Assembly (NCBI RefSeq): GCF_006345805.1
Contig: NC_043003.1
Coordinates: 79,732,001 to 79,796,000, forward strand
Length of the DNA stretch: 64,000 bases
Source of the DNA: Octopus sinensis
Taxonomy: Eukaryota
Direction: 5' to 3'
Below, piece after piece: positions 1 through 13,554 of the stretch. Made by a program: the position numbers and the translations under genes. Within the stretch, counting starts at the first letter, position 1. Each line of letters starts with the position of its first letter. The notes below the pieces were generated by a model. That model saw nothing but the letters and a program-made list of their open reading frames with translations. It ran no database searches and was not told the DNA's origin.

Positions 1-293
1 TTTTTACATGCTTACATAATTTGTATTAAATGTATTTAATATTTTTTGTATATCAACTTACCTAAGTTGCTTGTCCTTACATTTACTCCTTTGTCTGCTC
101 AAATTCAAATTTCTTGAGGACTACGAAGTGTATTCTATTCAGAGAATACCTGTCTATAGCCAGCTGGAGGAGGTGTCTTCCTGGGGCTACAAACTACAGT
201 AGCATCCACCCTTAGGGGTTAGCCATATTCAAATGGCAAATATACGTCACGATCTGTTGCCGCTACTGTTTATAACTCGCTCTGAGATTTATC

Positions 294-351
<58 letters not shown>

Positions 352-411
352 CATATGTACGAGTTAGTGGACAAATGAAAGACGGACACTCAACACATTT
401 ATTATGAGTTA

Positions 412-775
412 CATGTATGGATCAAAACAGTTTGATTCAAATTTGTTGGTACTCCGAGTTTCAAGCGTGAATACGAATGAAAGAAATTGATTATTGTTAC
501 CATAAGTTGGGCTGCGATTGGTCAAGGAAGGTTAAGTAGTGTCGTGGTTTGATGTTGGTGTATCAGTATACCAGCGACAGCGGTTAGCTGGAAAATACCG
601 CATGGTGGACAGGAAATCAGTTGAGTTGTTAGAGGGAGAGTAGGAAGGGGCGGTATGTACAAGTATATAGGTGTATGTGTGGGTTTGCGTATGAGCTCAT
701 GGTTTTGCGTGCATGTCTGTAATGATGCAAGCGTGCGCATCTGTACATGGACGCGCACATGCACGGCCCCCTATT
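412..775 (-). repeat. Inverted, diverged copy of the PLE 3' terminal region (partner at 1940-2348)
   Basis: The reverse complement of 412-775 aligns by eye to 1940-2348. Examples: taagttgggctgcgattggtc vs gaccaatcgcagcccaactta; tgtatggatcaaaaca vs tgttttgatccataca; ggtggacaggaaatc vs gatttcctgtccacc. Confidence 0.85.
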
Positions 776-779
776 TAAA

Positions 780-1540
780 CGGTCAATAGAGAGATCTTCA
801 ACTGGGCTTCCCCCAACTGCAACAATGCTTTGGCTAGGAACGGGTTTACTGAGAAGTTCACGTATGTGGACAACCCCCAAACACCCTCTTCTCACCCCAC
901 AATGATTAGGAAAAGGAAAAATTATATGGTATAACCCCCTTTCAAGCTAGAAGTTTCCATCAATGTAGCTAGGGGTTTCCTGTTGTTAATTAAGAAACTC
1001 AAAAGCCACAAGTATCACAAACTCTTCTACCTTCATAATGTCAATGTGAGCTACACCTGTTTAGACAACGTCGCATCTAACATCGCACTCATCAACAGAC
1101 CCCAACTTGCAGCTTCCGGAACCCCACCATGTGCCTTCTAGAAAGATCCTGCCTCTCAAGTGCCGTAGTATACAGGGCCACCTTTACACCATCCGATGGC
1201 ATTACAAGGCACTATACAGCTAATGTAACAGCTAATGACTTCAAGGGAAGTTACTCTCAGTACATGCACCCGTTTAGATCCAGGGACAAAGAGAATTCTA
1301 CTTCCTCGTCTCGTTTTCTGTGGAGAGTCCGTGACCTTCGAGAAGAAATACCCAGCATCAAGTGGACTATTGTCGACAGAGCACCATCATATTCACCCGG
1401 CTCCTCCAACTGCCAGCTATATCTCCGCGAAAAACTGCATATCCTTCAACGATCTGCAGTATCCGAAAACAAGTAATGCGATTTATCTTATTGTTGTCAC
1501 CAGAGATATGCCCTTCTGGCAAATTTCAAGCTTCTGACTA
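780..1540 (+). pseudogene. Penelope-like element (Naiad-like) C-terminal RT thumb + GIY-YIG endonuclease, frameshifted
   Basis: Stitched translation: REIFNWASPNCNNALARNGFTEKFTY...RKRKIIWYNPP...SYTCLDN...CSFRNPTMCLLERSCLSSAVVYRAT...IKWTIVDRAPSYSPGSSNCQLYLREKLHIL. This matches the recalled PLE pattern WFNPP / SYSC / CxC-CPL-G-CL / RAPSY-C-LCL-EK. The clade call is from memory. Confidence 0.85.
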
Positions 1541-3455
1541 CCGACAATCCGGATAAACTACCTTAGTACCAGCCGCTACTTTGCACCGCATGCGCCAAGG
1601 TCATCCTCACCAACCAACCTCATGAGTAGGACCGACAATTACCAATCCCCAAACGCTTACCAATATCCAAAGCTTACCGATTCCGAATGCTTACCATTTC
1701 CCAACGCTTGTTATGTACATGTATACTCATGGATGCGCGATCGCGATTACGCATGTGCACGCACGCACTAATATGCATGCGTACATGCATGCATATATAC
1801 ATATGTACATATAAATGTATACGCTGTATGTGCGTCTATGCGTACATATGCATGCATGTGTGTGTGCACGTGTATGTGTTTCTGTGTGTGTGTACGTGTG
1901 TAAGTGTGCGCGCGCATGTCCATTCATATCTGTGTGCAGGCGGAGGGGGGGGCGTGCGCGTGTGCGCTCCTGTACAAATGCACACGCTCGCATCAATACA
2001 AACATGCACGCAAAAACCATATGAACGCATCTACACGCCCACGTATACAACTATATACTTGCACATACCGCCCCTTTCTATTCCCCTCCAACAATCAGAC
2101 CGATTTCCTGTCCACCACGTGGTCGATTCCTGTCCATTACGATCGATTTTCTGTTCACTATGTGTTATTTTTCACCTATCTGTTGTCGCTGGTATACCGA
2201 TATAAAAACATCAAGCCACGATCCCACGTGATTTTCCTCGACCAATCGCAGCCCAACTTACGATATTAACAATCAACTTGTTTCATTCAAATTCAAAATG
2301 GCTTAAGACTAACATCACGTTTAAAACTAGTGTTTTGATCCATACACACACACTCACACATATAGAAAACGTTTATATATTTATGATGGAGATTCATATA
2401 TATATTCCTAATAGTCACATACAAGCATTTGCAAACACACACATACACACATACACACAAACACACAGACACACACACACACACACGAACATATCCAGAC
2501 ATTTATAAGGATCTTCATCTTAGCAGAATAAGGAGAAAAAACCCGAGAAAACGCAAGAATAATAATGGCAGTAATATTAACGTTTACAGAGGAGGAGGTG
2601 TTTTGGCTCAAAGGAATCTGTGTTTTAGTCCTGCGAACAGGATAGTCAACCCACAAGTATAAGATCAGTGACGGCAAACCTATGATACAGCTGTGTTAGC
2701 CGTGACACGCCGCGTTGTTTGTAAATGACACGTCCAAACTTAGAAAAATAGGCCTCCCAGAAATGTCATGTTATAAAAAGCTAACGTATAAGCATTTTGC
2801 AAGTATTAGAACACATGTGACAGTCCACTAACCGGATTATCAGAAAAAATAGGTATTAGACACTTCCAGCTAAAGAGTTTGCTATTAAAATAGATAAAGC
2901 TGTCTAAAGAAAAAATACAAACGAGAGCTAAACTTTCATGCAACTTTGTCGCAAAGTTTTATTACTTTGATATAATCCCTATATATATGCATACATACAT
3001 ACATACATACATACATACATACATACATACATACTACATACATACATACATACATATATACATACATACATACATAGATACATATATATATATATATATA
3101 TATACGCACACAAATATGAGAGAGAATCCACTATGTGGACGCCCTTACGCTAAAGAGAGATCCGCATGGGTCTCAACCACTAAGAATTGTTCTCAAGAAA
3201 AATTTAGCACACTATGAACGTAAGCGAGCAGGACAAATGAAAAATAACAAAAATATAGATTAACCCCATGCAATTGTTTCACTGTTAATAAAGTATGCAA
3301 TTTTACTTACACAATTAATCTGCAAGTTCGTCAGTGAGGTCCGCCAGATATTAACACGAGGTAAAAAATACGAGTAGTTCGGCCTATTATATTCACGGTT
3401 ATATTCAAATGCCTTCGCTCTAGCGCGCCAAATTCCCGGAAATAATATATATATT

Positions 3456-3860
3456 GGAGTGGCTGTGTGGTAAGTAGCTTGCTAACCAACCACATGGTTC
3501 CGGGTTCAGTCCCCCTGCGTGGCATCTTAGGCAAGTGTCTTATGCTATAGCCCCGGGCCGACCAATGCCTTGTGAGTGGATTTGGTAGACGGAAACTGAA
3601 AGAAGCCTGTCGTATATATGTATATATATATGTGTGTATGTGTTTGTGTGTCTGTGTTTGTCCCCCTAGCATTGCTAGACAACCGATGCTGGTGTGTTTA
3701 CGTTCCCGTCACTAGCGGTTCGGCAAAACAGACCGATAGAATAAGTACTGGGCTTACAAAAGAATAAGTCCCGGGGTCGATTTGCTCGACTAAAGGCGGT
3801 GCTCCAGCATGACCGCAGTCAAATGACTGAAACAAGTAAAAGAGAAAAGAGTAAAGAGTA
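3456..3860 (+). mobile_element. tRNA-derived SINE, family 1 (Octopus-type), full length
   Basis: tRNA-like head with A/B boxes (gtggctgtgtggtaag...gggttcagtcc), internal (TG/TA) tract, body ending ...gactgaaacaagtaaaagag. Many related copies in the window. Confidence 0.85.
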
Positions 3861-4452
3861 TATAATGGAAGTAATATATAATTACGTGGAGAAACACACA
3901 CACACATATATAAATATATGTATGCGTTACAAGTGCTGACTACTATTTCTAGCGTTGGAGGTAACTAGTTCTACGAAAAATAAGGCGATGATTTTGTCGC
4001 GATTTTTGATTAAAAAAATTTTATAGTTTTCGTACACAAAACAAATGTAACAACGAACGCTAAAACGTCGCGAGAATTTTGAATCTTAATGTTCTTGGTG
4101 TAGCTGTAACAGCAGATAAACTTGGTTTGTTGCTTGGTGTGCTACTGACTTCTAGTGTCTTTCATACTCGGACTGTTTATTGCTTTTGTGTTGTCAGCTG
4201 TTGTCCACTACCTCCTACAGTGTTCATCAATACCGTCTCTGTTGCATCCCAAAAGTTCTCTGTCCAGTAGTTACCGTGTGCCGAATTTATACTGGTTGAT
4301 AGGCTCAGAAGAAAACGCACTAAAAGACGAAATCGTTGCTGGAGCTTATTCCATGCAAGATTGTAATTAGTCAGATTTTGTTGATTATGTGGGAAATATT
4401 CTAGCGAATCCTGAAATCGGGTGATACCTGAATATTCCAGCTACCTATGTGT

Positions 4453-4502
<50 letters not shown>

Positions 4503-4514
4503 TCCTTACAAAAA

Positions 4515-4850
4515 GGGTAAGGGTAAAGACCCATTTCGATCATGAATGACCATGAGATTGCACCTACAAAGTTACCCTCTGAGGCACAAATCTGGGCAAG
4601 GTTGTTTATGGAAGACCAGCTATGCCCATGCATACCAGCCTCACCTGTCCACGCCCCCGATATTGTCCAAAGGAAAGACAAAGGCCATATACCTTGGCAC
4701 TAGAGACGTCGCAACTCATTTCTACAGGTGAGTGAACTGGAACAACGTGAAATAAAGTGTCTTGCCCAAGAACACAACACACAAACCGGTCTGGGAATCG
4801 AACTCACTACCTCATAATTGTGTACCCGACAGAACCAAACACCGCGATTA
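4515..4850 (-). mobile_element. tRNA-derived SINE, family 3
   Basis: The minus strand has a B box (gagttcgattccc) followed by cttgggcaagacactttatttcacgttg. A related copy is at 33660-33902. Confidence 0.65.
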
Positions 4851-5247
4851 TAATCTAAACTATGTCCCCGTGAAGCAAATCTGCACATTCCAGTAACCAA
4901 AAGTAAGTATGTAGATGTTTTATTTTAAATGATTATGTCATACATACTAGTTGAAATTCCTTCAGAATAAGGTTTGAAATGTTTGCACAAAACCCGGAAG
5001 CTTGGAGGCAGGGTAAAGTTGATTACATCGACCCCAGTACATGACAGGCATTAATTCCATCGACCCCAAAATGATGAAACTCACTGGGTAATGACGGACG
5101 AAATGCCGCTAAGCATTTTGTCCGGCGCAGTAACGATTCCGCCAGATTACCGTATATATTAAAGTAAACACTGGAAAGTTTGGTACTATTTTTGAATCTG
5201 TGTCTGAAGTATTACGGAGAGGAGATCCTATACATGTTTCATACATG

Positions 5248-5466
5248 TATGAGAGAGTGCTGAAAAGTTCCCGGATTTAAGGGTGTCGTTAAAGGCCTGG
5301 TTGGAGGCCCAAACTTTCGAGTTCTTTTACAGGGCTTAAAACAATTGGAGGACTGCTGCATTGTGTGTGAATCTGAGAGGGGGAATATATTGAATAAAAT
5401 CATAATTAACCGATCCTCCTATGTTTTTCTTTTACAGAAAACCAGGAGCATTTCAGCACCCCATCC
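5248..5466. mobile_element. Mariner-derived MITE / internally deleted element
   Basis: Imperfect TIRs gtgctgaaaagttcc ... ggagcatttcagcac. The interior encodes a mariner-like C-terminus (GLKQLED...GEYIE*). Confidence 0.55.
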
Positions 5467-5766
5467 GATTGTGAAGTTCTTATATTTATAATATTACAAT
5501 TAATTATTAATATTTATATTCATAAAGTATTTCATTCACTATAATGAAACGCGTGTAACGTAGAACTACCTAACTTACCAGTATGTATATACATATATGG
5601 ACAGAAACATACATACATACATGCGTATATAATATATAAATATATATATATATATGTATGTGTATATATATATATATGTATACATATATCTATGTGTATG
5701 TATGTATGTATGTATGTATGTATGTATGTATGTATGTATCTATCTATCTATCGATCAATCAACCAA

Positions 5767-5837
<71 letters not shown>

Positions 5838-7759
5838 GTCTGTCTATCTATTTATGTAATTACTAATTGTCGATGCTAGTTAACTTACCGAATTACAGGA
5901 ACAATATATTACGATGGAATTGGGTTGGATTAATTGAAACTCGGCATTAAATTGTTACATTTAAACATTTTTAGAAACAACTTGAAATAGTAAATTTTAG
6001 AAAAAAGAAAAACAAAACTTTGCAACCCCCCTCCCCCCAAATAAAACTAAAAATAAAAATAAAAATAAAATAATATAAACAATTTCTACAATAAATTCTG
6101 AATGTTAGCGTCTTGGTTAAACTAAATCATGTCCGAAATAATTGATGCAGGAATAAATGAATAAAGATAAATATCTACATATAAATAGAATCGAAATTTG
6201 TTAGAGGTGTGATTAGTAATTATTTTGCAACTGAATCTACTAAATTGTTGTTACCAGAACTGGTTGGCTCCAACGTCTATGTAAAATCCCAGCAAATCTC
6301 TTATCAGGGATGATCCAGTGACCTTACATAGACCAAAGAACAAATCAACCGATGAAATCCTGTTCAATCGTATTTCAACAGAAATAACATGAACAATAAA
6401 ATCTAATTTACACGTAGTGATAACGTATATCTATAAACCGAATTCTACAACTTTCCAGACAGTTTGCCAATGCTCTTAATTAGATTTTGATGTTGCTGAT
6501 GCCAAGAATCAATGGCAAGTGTCAAAGTAGCTTCTGTTTTTGTTCTAGAATGATCTATTGTCGAATAAACAGGTTCTTAAGGAAATTCTGAAAGCAAACT
6601 TAGTTATAGAGGACAAATTTCAAAAGTTAAAGGTTGCCGATGACGGCAAAATAGACGAAAAGTTCCGATGACTGTCACTTTCTTATCCATCGAATAGTGT
6701 GATAAATGTGCTCATTGATCATCATTATTATCTAATCATAGAAAATGTTGTAAGCGATCGGTCTAAATAGACGAAATGGAAGCACCAATGGAAAATATTT
6801 TGTAGTTCTTAGTTAAACACTGCTGGGTGATTTGAAAGAAGACTCTACTTTATACTCTATGGAAATATAATTGTCTGTTGCACACTGAGGAAAATGCAGT
6901 ATTATCTTATTGCTGGCTGTTAAAGGAATCCTAAGTAGAAAACTCTTTCTTAATATTGATTAATATTGATTTCTTTTGATTAGATATTAAGTTAATATTT
7001 TTTAAGTAAAGGACACCTATATGGTTTTATTCTCTAGTATGTAACTGGTACATATTTTATCAGCAATGAAAGTTGGATTTTGACCCTAGGACGTTATGAG
7101 ACCTTAAGTCATAAAGTCCAACAGTATGAAATTTTTGCCAATACTTTGTTCTCTTTTACTTAAGTAAAAAGTATTTAACGGATGCAGAAGAGAGAGCGCG
7201 CGATAGATAGATAAATAGAGATAGATAGAGATAGAAAGAGGGCGAGAGAGAGAGAGAGAGAGAGTTGACTGACTGAATTATGGCTTAAAAAATTGAACTA
7301 GTCTGACGATGAATGTTGTATTTTGTCTTTGTTGCTTAATGTCAAGTGACCTGCTGCACCTAGCTGTAAATAGATACTATTTATCATAGTAAGCAACAGA
7401 AGCACCATAAATTTGACAAACTTATATATAACACAAGCATTTTTGTTCGAACGCGCCGGTTAATCGGTTTTCTAACTAATGTGAATAGCACACATTCACA
7501 CCAACAATACTCCTAGACTTACGACCAGGCTCCTTTCCACACAACCGGTCCTAACTCAATAGGGACGTAACTTGAAGATGCGTATTCGATGTTTTCTTCT
7601 TTGGTGGCGAGTGGAGTTATTTTTTAGGTATTATGTACAAGGCTGAAATTTTAGTAGGGACGGTTACTCGATTAAACCGACCAACACATTTTTTTTCTCT
7701 AGTTTCAGCTCAGAACTGTGGCCATGCTGATGTAACACCGTTAAAAAAAAATTACGAAC

Positions 7760-7833
7760 AGGCTCCAGGGGGATTCGAACCCTCGACCTCCAGTTTACTA
7801 GACTGGCGCTCTAACCAACTGAGCTATGAAGCC
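7760..7833 (-). tRNA. tRNA-Thr-AGT: tRNA-Thr, anticodon AGT
   Basis: Minus strand reads GGCTTCATAGCTCAGTTGGTTAGAGCGCCAGTCTAGTAAACTGGAGGTCGAGGGTTCGAATCCCCCTGGAGCCT. It has a 7-bp acceptor stem, D stem GCTC/GAGC, anticodon arm CCAGT-CTAGTAA-ACTGG, and TTCGAAT loop with one T-stem mismatch. A T9 run follows ~8 nt downstream (Pol III terminator). Confidence 0.9.
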
Positions 7834-7935
7834 ACCGTTAATACATTACTGCATTTTAATTTATTGACCCCGAGGAGATGTAAAGCAAAGTTGACCTCAT
7901 TGGGATTTCATCTCAGAATGCAAAGAGCTTATGAT

Positions 7936-8162
7936 TCTATTTCTTTACTACCCACAAGGGGATAAACACAGAGGGGACAAACGAATACAGACAAACGGAT
8001 TAAGTCGATTACATCGACCCCAGTGCATTACTGGTACTTAACTTATCGACCCCGAAAGGATGAAAAGCAAAGTCGACCTCGGCGGAATTTGAACTCAGAA
8101 CGTAACGGCAGACGAAATACGACTACACATTTCTCCCCGCGTGCTAATGATTCAGCCAGCCC
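7936..8162 (-). mobile_element. tRNA-derived SINE, family 2
   Basis: Diagnostic body aaaggatgaaaagcaaagtcgacctcggcggaatttgaactcagaacg, with tail ...cttgtgggtagtaaagaaatag on the minus strand. Confidence 0.8.
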
Positions 8163-8188
8163 TCTGCTCTATACTATATTACATAATA

Positions 8189-8329
8189 TTAGGTTGTCCC
8201 AAAAGTTCGTAAACACTTGCGAAAATTGAATTTTTACTCGCCAAGTACTAACAAAAACAACAAAAATTATTCCTCAAAATAAAGACCATTATTTTCCAAG
8301 ACTTTCTACGAACTTTTGGGACAACCTTA
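8189..8329. mobile_element. Tc1/mariner-type MITE (141 bp)
   Basis: Perfect 21-bp TIR aggttgtcccaaaagttcgta (8191-8211) / tacgaacttttgggacaacct (8307-8327), with flanking TA at 8187-8188 and 8330-8331. Confidence 0.85.
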
Positions 8330-9249
8330 TAATATATTTTTTTCCTTTATCTCCTTTTGTTAACGTCTGTATCCTGAATTTAACGGTCCGAATGAAAAAT
8401 GCAAAATTTTAACACATTACAAAACAGAAATATTTACTTATTAATGTATCTTATAGACAGTGGTGCTCCAGCATGATTACTGCTCGCAGGTTGAAACCAA
8501 ATAAACTAGTTTAAAGTGTAACAGTATTTTATTACATGGAAAAATAAAAAAAAAGAGACAAAATATAAAAAAAAATCATGAGAATTACTTGTCAAACACA
8601 TTTTGTTATAAATAAAGGACTGCATAATACATAAGTACTAAACAAAATAGATCAAAAACAGCAAAAATAATTTGTAAACTCAAGTCTTGAAATAAATGAA
8701 TTGCCCGCAGCAAACTCGAGATAGCCATAGTCGTAGTGGTAAATGTGCGTAGTCAGCGTAGTCAGCTTGTGACAGCAATAGTTGTAGATAGTGGTAAGTT
8801 TATGAAGACAGCTTCAAACAGTCTTAGTACGGAATTTGCGTCTCTGAAAACTTAAAAATTATCGATTCCTAGCACCAAATTTAACTCAGAAATCTTGTGT
8901 TGAGGGGTAAGGGGTTTGAAGACGGAATGTTTGTGATCTTTTTTTTGAATCGGATCTTTCCTTTTATCTCCGTATATTTTTCTTTCGCTTTCTGAATGTT
9001 TCTATCGATCTCGGTGAATCGTTCAACGTCGTTCCAAACGGAACAAAGTTGTCCACTTGTTCCAAACGGAAATTACTCTTATTAAAAAAGAATAAATCCT
9101 GTCAACCCCTCTGCACTGAACGACTTCCTCATCTTGTCTCCTTCCTCGTCTTGTCTCCTTCATTTCTTTTCTCCGCCACCTTTCTCCTTCCTGCACAATT
9201 GTCTCTGCTTTTCATTCAGAAACATCCTCGTTTGATAGTTCTTTGAAAT

Positions 9250-10770
9250 CGTAGTCCAATGACTGTTCTACAATTTCCACTTCTACTTCTAATTGAAAAC
9301 TGTTAGCCAATTTCCTAATGTTCCTTTTACTCACAGCAAATCTCTTTTCATCAACATCTGGCAATATATTAATGCAACATTTGAGACAATGTTCCATCCA
9401 CCATCCATGCACTTAAAAACTACATTCTCCTAAGCTGCTACAATAATCTTAATACAATGAAGAACGTTGTAATTTATCCAAAACAATCTCTATTGCTTCA
9501 TCAGCTGTTAACGCTATATACTGGTCAAATGTTGATCGAAGAAAATATGCTTTAAATGTTTCCAAAGCACCATGGTTCATCAATCGAATGATTGATGCAT
9601 CTAAACTATTCTTGCCCTCTTTTCGTAGGCTCTAAATAAAGCGGAAGTCCAGGTGCATTTCCAGGTAATAAGATCTTAAGCAAAATGTCTTTTTCAGGGC
9701 AGTGTCCTTTTATATTAGGAATAAAACATTTTTGAATATAAGTTTTCAAACAAAACTTGAATGATTCAAATTTTTCCTTGATCAAAATTGGATAGGAAGC
9801 GTGTATTACTTTATATTTTGAAACCCATAAGGATTTTTGAATAGTAAATGAGAAATAGTTTGAGTTTATATCCAGTGACGTTCCCTCCAGTAACAGGGTC
9901 ATCCGTTCTTTAAAGTCCATAAATCCAGGCATAGTTTGTACGTCTTTGTGTACGTATGGCCATTCGATCATCTGGTTTCAATGTAAACGATTCTCATCCA
10001 CACCGAAACACTGTTTTACTAAATACTCTCCCCTGATTAACTTATCCAAAGCGCCAATAAACTTCTCGACTACCATAAACATTCGAGGTACCAATAACCA
10101 CTACTATAAGCATTCGTTGTATCAATAACCTTCTTGACTACCACAAGCATTCGTTGTACCAATAATGAATGCTTAGCATTCGGTGTACCATTAACCTTCT
10201 TGACTACTATACGCATTCGAGGTATCAATAACTTCGACCACTATAAGCATTCGTTGTACCAAATAACCTTCTCGATTACCATAAGCATTCGTTGTACTAA
10301 TAACCTTAACGACTACCATAAACATGCATTGTACCAATAAACTTCTCGACTATTAGAAGCATTCGTTGCTTCCCCTTTTCTGAGTCATATCTAATTTTAA
10401 GTAATTCCAAGAAAAAAAATAACGTGATGTTGTTAGTAGGAGGTGCTTGTGTGCACGGAAATATAGGTAGTTGTAAAAGTGGGTTGTTGGAAGTTTCATA
10501 GGTTGTAAGTCTAACAAATTTCATTCACAAGATACCGGTCAACCAGGAGTGGCGAATTTACTTAATTTGCAAATATTAAACTGCGTGGTTTTTTTCCTGG
10601 AGCATCTTAGCCATTTATTACTTGTGTGAAAATTTTCCTTGTATTCATTTCATTTTATTTGCTTCAAAGATTCCAGAATTACTTCTAGCCTTTGCTTGAA
10701 TTGTTAGTAGGTTTATGGACACACCTTTGATTTTGCCTTCTATCCTGAGCAACAACAATTTCTTCATTTC
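9250..10770 (-). pseudogene. Tigger/pogo-like DDE transposase remnant
   Basis: Fragments INLLTIQAKARS (CENP-B-like HTH), MPGFMDFKERMTLLLEG and ILLKILLPGNAPG resemble pogo/Tigger motifs. Many stops; interrupted by a minisatellite. Confidence 0.6.
10055..10370 (+). repeat. ~37-bp minisatellite, about 8-9 diverged units
   Basis: Consensus approximately aataaccttctcgactaccataagcattcgttgtacc, head-to-tail with no unique spacers. Confidence 0.85.
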
Positions 10771-10779
10771 TTGGACAGA

Positions 10780-10990
10780 CCGGCGAGCGGGCAGAATCGT
10801 TAGCACGCTGGACAAAATGCTTATCAGCATTTCGTCCGTCTCTACGTTCTGATTTCAATTGTCATCGGGATCGACTTTGCCTTTCATCCCTTCGGGGTCA
10901 AACTAAACAAGTACCAGTTGAACGCTGGGGTCGAGGTAACAAAACGTGCCCCAACTTCAAAATTACTGACCTTGAGTCAAAATTTCAAAT
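10780..10990 (+). mobile_element. tRNA-derived SINE, family 2
   Basis: Head cggcgagcgggcagaatcgttagcacgc and body gatcgactttgcctttcatccc. Confidence 0.75.
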
Positions 10991-11409
10991 CGATATTATC
11001 GCCGAAAGCTTTTCGGCCGAACCATTTTATTATATCAGAGTCTGATATCTTTGTCTTTAAATACCAGGAATTTGCAAAGTTTATAACTGTAGAAGTATAA
11101 TTGATATTGTGAAATAAATGATGTTGCTAATAGGAGAAGCTCGTGTACGAGGTAAATAGGTGGTTGTAATAGCTGTTATAGTAAAGCAAGACATGTTTAT
11201 ATATGAATTAAATTTCACTCACAGGGCTTTTGGCAATCATAGGCTACAACAGGATATAGTTGACTATCTTGGCGTGTAGCAGGCTTGAAACTGGAATAGC
11301 ATGGCTGCAAAACACTTTCTTATTCCTATAAGCACACTCTTACGACAAAAGGATCACGACCACGATACCAACTATAATGATTAGCACCACCAGCGGCAAA
11401 AATCATGAG

Positions 11410-11690
11410 GGCGACAGCGATAACCACCACCAACACCACCACTATCACCACCACCACCACCACCACCACCACGCCATAACAACAACAACAACAACAACAA
11501 CGGCGACGACGACCACCACCATTGCCAGCACCACCACGAAAACCACAACCACCACCACCACCACCACCGCCATAACAACAACAACAACGGCGACGACGAC
11601 CACCACCATCGCCAGCACCACCATCATCACCACTACTACCACAACCACCGCCATCACCGTCGCTGCCATCATCGCCACCGCTATCATCTC
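11410..11690. repeat. Compound (CAC)/(CAA)/(CGA) trinucleotide repeat
   Basis: Directly visible. It generates spurious poly-H/T/V ORFs. Confidence 0.9.
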
Positions 11691-12192
11691 GAGAGAATAC
11701 AGAAAACAAGAGAACAGATAAATCTTTTTTTGTCAAAAAATGACAAAATGAATCAGAATAAAAACAGAAAAAGATAAAGAAGACAAGATGGTATATGCAT
11801 CGGTTTGATCTGATCTTTGGCACTGAAAACAAAGAGGTGGAAGGAAAAAGCTTTGGAATAGTGAATAATATCGTCTTATCTCTAACATTAACGAAAGATT
11901 AACCTTCCACATGTTGGCTTTAGATAAGCAAAGAAACAGAATTCTAAGAATATTATAGCATATATGTATATAGTGTGTCTAGATATACATGGGGGTATAT
12001 AACATATACCCTCATACATGAATACATGCATATATGCATGCATACATGCATACATGCATACATACATATATGTATGCATACATGCAGATATGTATGTATG
12101 TATATATATATATATATAATGTATATATATATATGTATGCATGTTTGTATGTACGTATCTATCTATCTATCAATCAATCTCTTTATATATAG

Positions 12193-12247
<55 letters not shown>

Positions 12248-12290
12248 CATATATATATACATACATATATACATAATCATATACATTATA

Positions 12291-12326
<36 letters not shown>

Positions 12327-12386
12327 ACACACACAAACCATGCATATACACGCACACGCGCTACATATTCATATATATATAACATG

Positions 12387-12418
<32 letters not shown>

Positions 12419-12596
12419 TGTATGTATGTATATATCTATATCTATATATATTATATATAGAGGGCATTATACATACTTGCCAGAAGGCATTATACATGCA
12501 TGCCAAACGCTAAGAGGGACCATAGTCATTTCTACCAAAAATATTACTAATCCCACCGAATGCAATTTTTCAAAGTAAGACATTTAAAAAAATATA

Positions 12597-12642
12597 GACC
12601 TGTATCACAGTGATTTCATACATACGTACTCATCAGCAGGCC
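12597..12642 (-). ncRNA. Type I hammerhead ribozyme, intact core (array unit 1)
   Basis: GGCCUG-CUGAUGA-GUAC(GUAU)GUAU-GAAA-UCA(CUG)UGA-UA-CAGGUC. Stems I, II and III all pair and the canonical core is complete. Predicted AUA cleavage between 12603 and 12602. Confidence 0.9.
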
Positions 12643-13075
12643 TAATGTATTATAAATAAACAACGACCCTGCCCCCCGCTTAAGCCGATCAGCTACTGCT
12701 CGACATCAACGAAGCACATGGGTGAGTTTACATATATTACATCCGGATAAATGGCAAACTTTTAAGAATTGCATTTCGGGAGAGGAAAAGTTTTTTCGGA
12801 ATAAAAATTTAGCAATTAAGGACAACTACTTAATAAGGAAAACTTAACAAGAAATTGTCAGGTAGATAGCGTAAAAACCTCATAAGAGAAAAAATTTCGA
12901 AAATAATATATTTTATTGAACATATTAATTTATATATAGAGGGCATTATACATACATGCCAGAAGGCATTATACATGCATGCCAAACGCTAAGAGGGACA
13001 ATTAGTCATTTCTACCAAAAATATTACTAATCCCACCGAATGCAATTTTTCAAAGTAGACATTTAAAAAAATATA

Positions 13076-13122
13076 GACCTGTATCACAGTGATTTAATAC
13101 TTACGTACTCTCATCAGCAGCC
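13076..13122 (-). ncRNA. Hammerhead motif, unit 2, core damaged
   Basis: CUGAUGA is present, with a 2-nt insertion before stem II and GAAA changed to UAAA. Confidence 0.7.
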
Positions 13123-13554
13123 TGAATATATTATAAATAAACAACGACCCTGCCCCGCTTAAGCCGATCAGCTAACTGCTCGACATCAACGAAGCACATG
13201 GGTGAGTTTACATATATTACATCCGGATAAATGGCAAACTTTTACGAATTGCATTTCGGGAGAGGAAAAGTTTTTTCGGAATAAAAATTTAGCAATTAGG
13301 ACAACTACTTAATAAGGAAAACTTAACAGAAATTGTCAGGTAGATAGCGTAAAAACCTCATAAGAGAAAAAATTTCGAAAATAATTATTTCTTATTGAAC
13401 ATATTAATTTATATATAGAGGGCATTATACATACATGCCAGAAGGCATTATACATGCATGCCAAACGCTAAGAGGGACAATAGTCATTTCTACCAAAAAT
13501 ATTACTAATCCCACCGAATGCAATTTTTCAAAGTAAGACATTAAAAAAAATATA

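Noticed and set aside
166-222. CTGGAGGA...AAACTACAGTA as a hammerhead
   Set aside because: The core has an insertion, G12 is missing and the stems are weak.
2684-2900. hAT transposon 5' end (cagtgacggcaaacctatg)
   Set aside because: It resembles a hAT terminus, but no matching second TIR or TSD was found.
3292-3340. Minus-strand CTGACGA + hairpin as a hammerhead
   Set aside because: Stem II is plausible, but GAAA reads AAAA and no stem I pairing exists. At best a decayed relic.
10055-10370. CRISPR-like array
   Set aside because: Units are contiguous with no unique spacers, there are no cas genes, and the context is eukaryotic.
11326-11832. Poly-His/Thr/Val/Gly ORFs
   Set aside because: They are trinucleotide-repeat translations with no domain or splice evidence. 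The same applies to the many YI/CV/HT/LS ORFs across the window.
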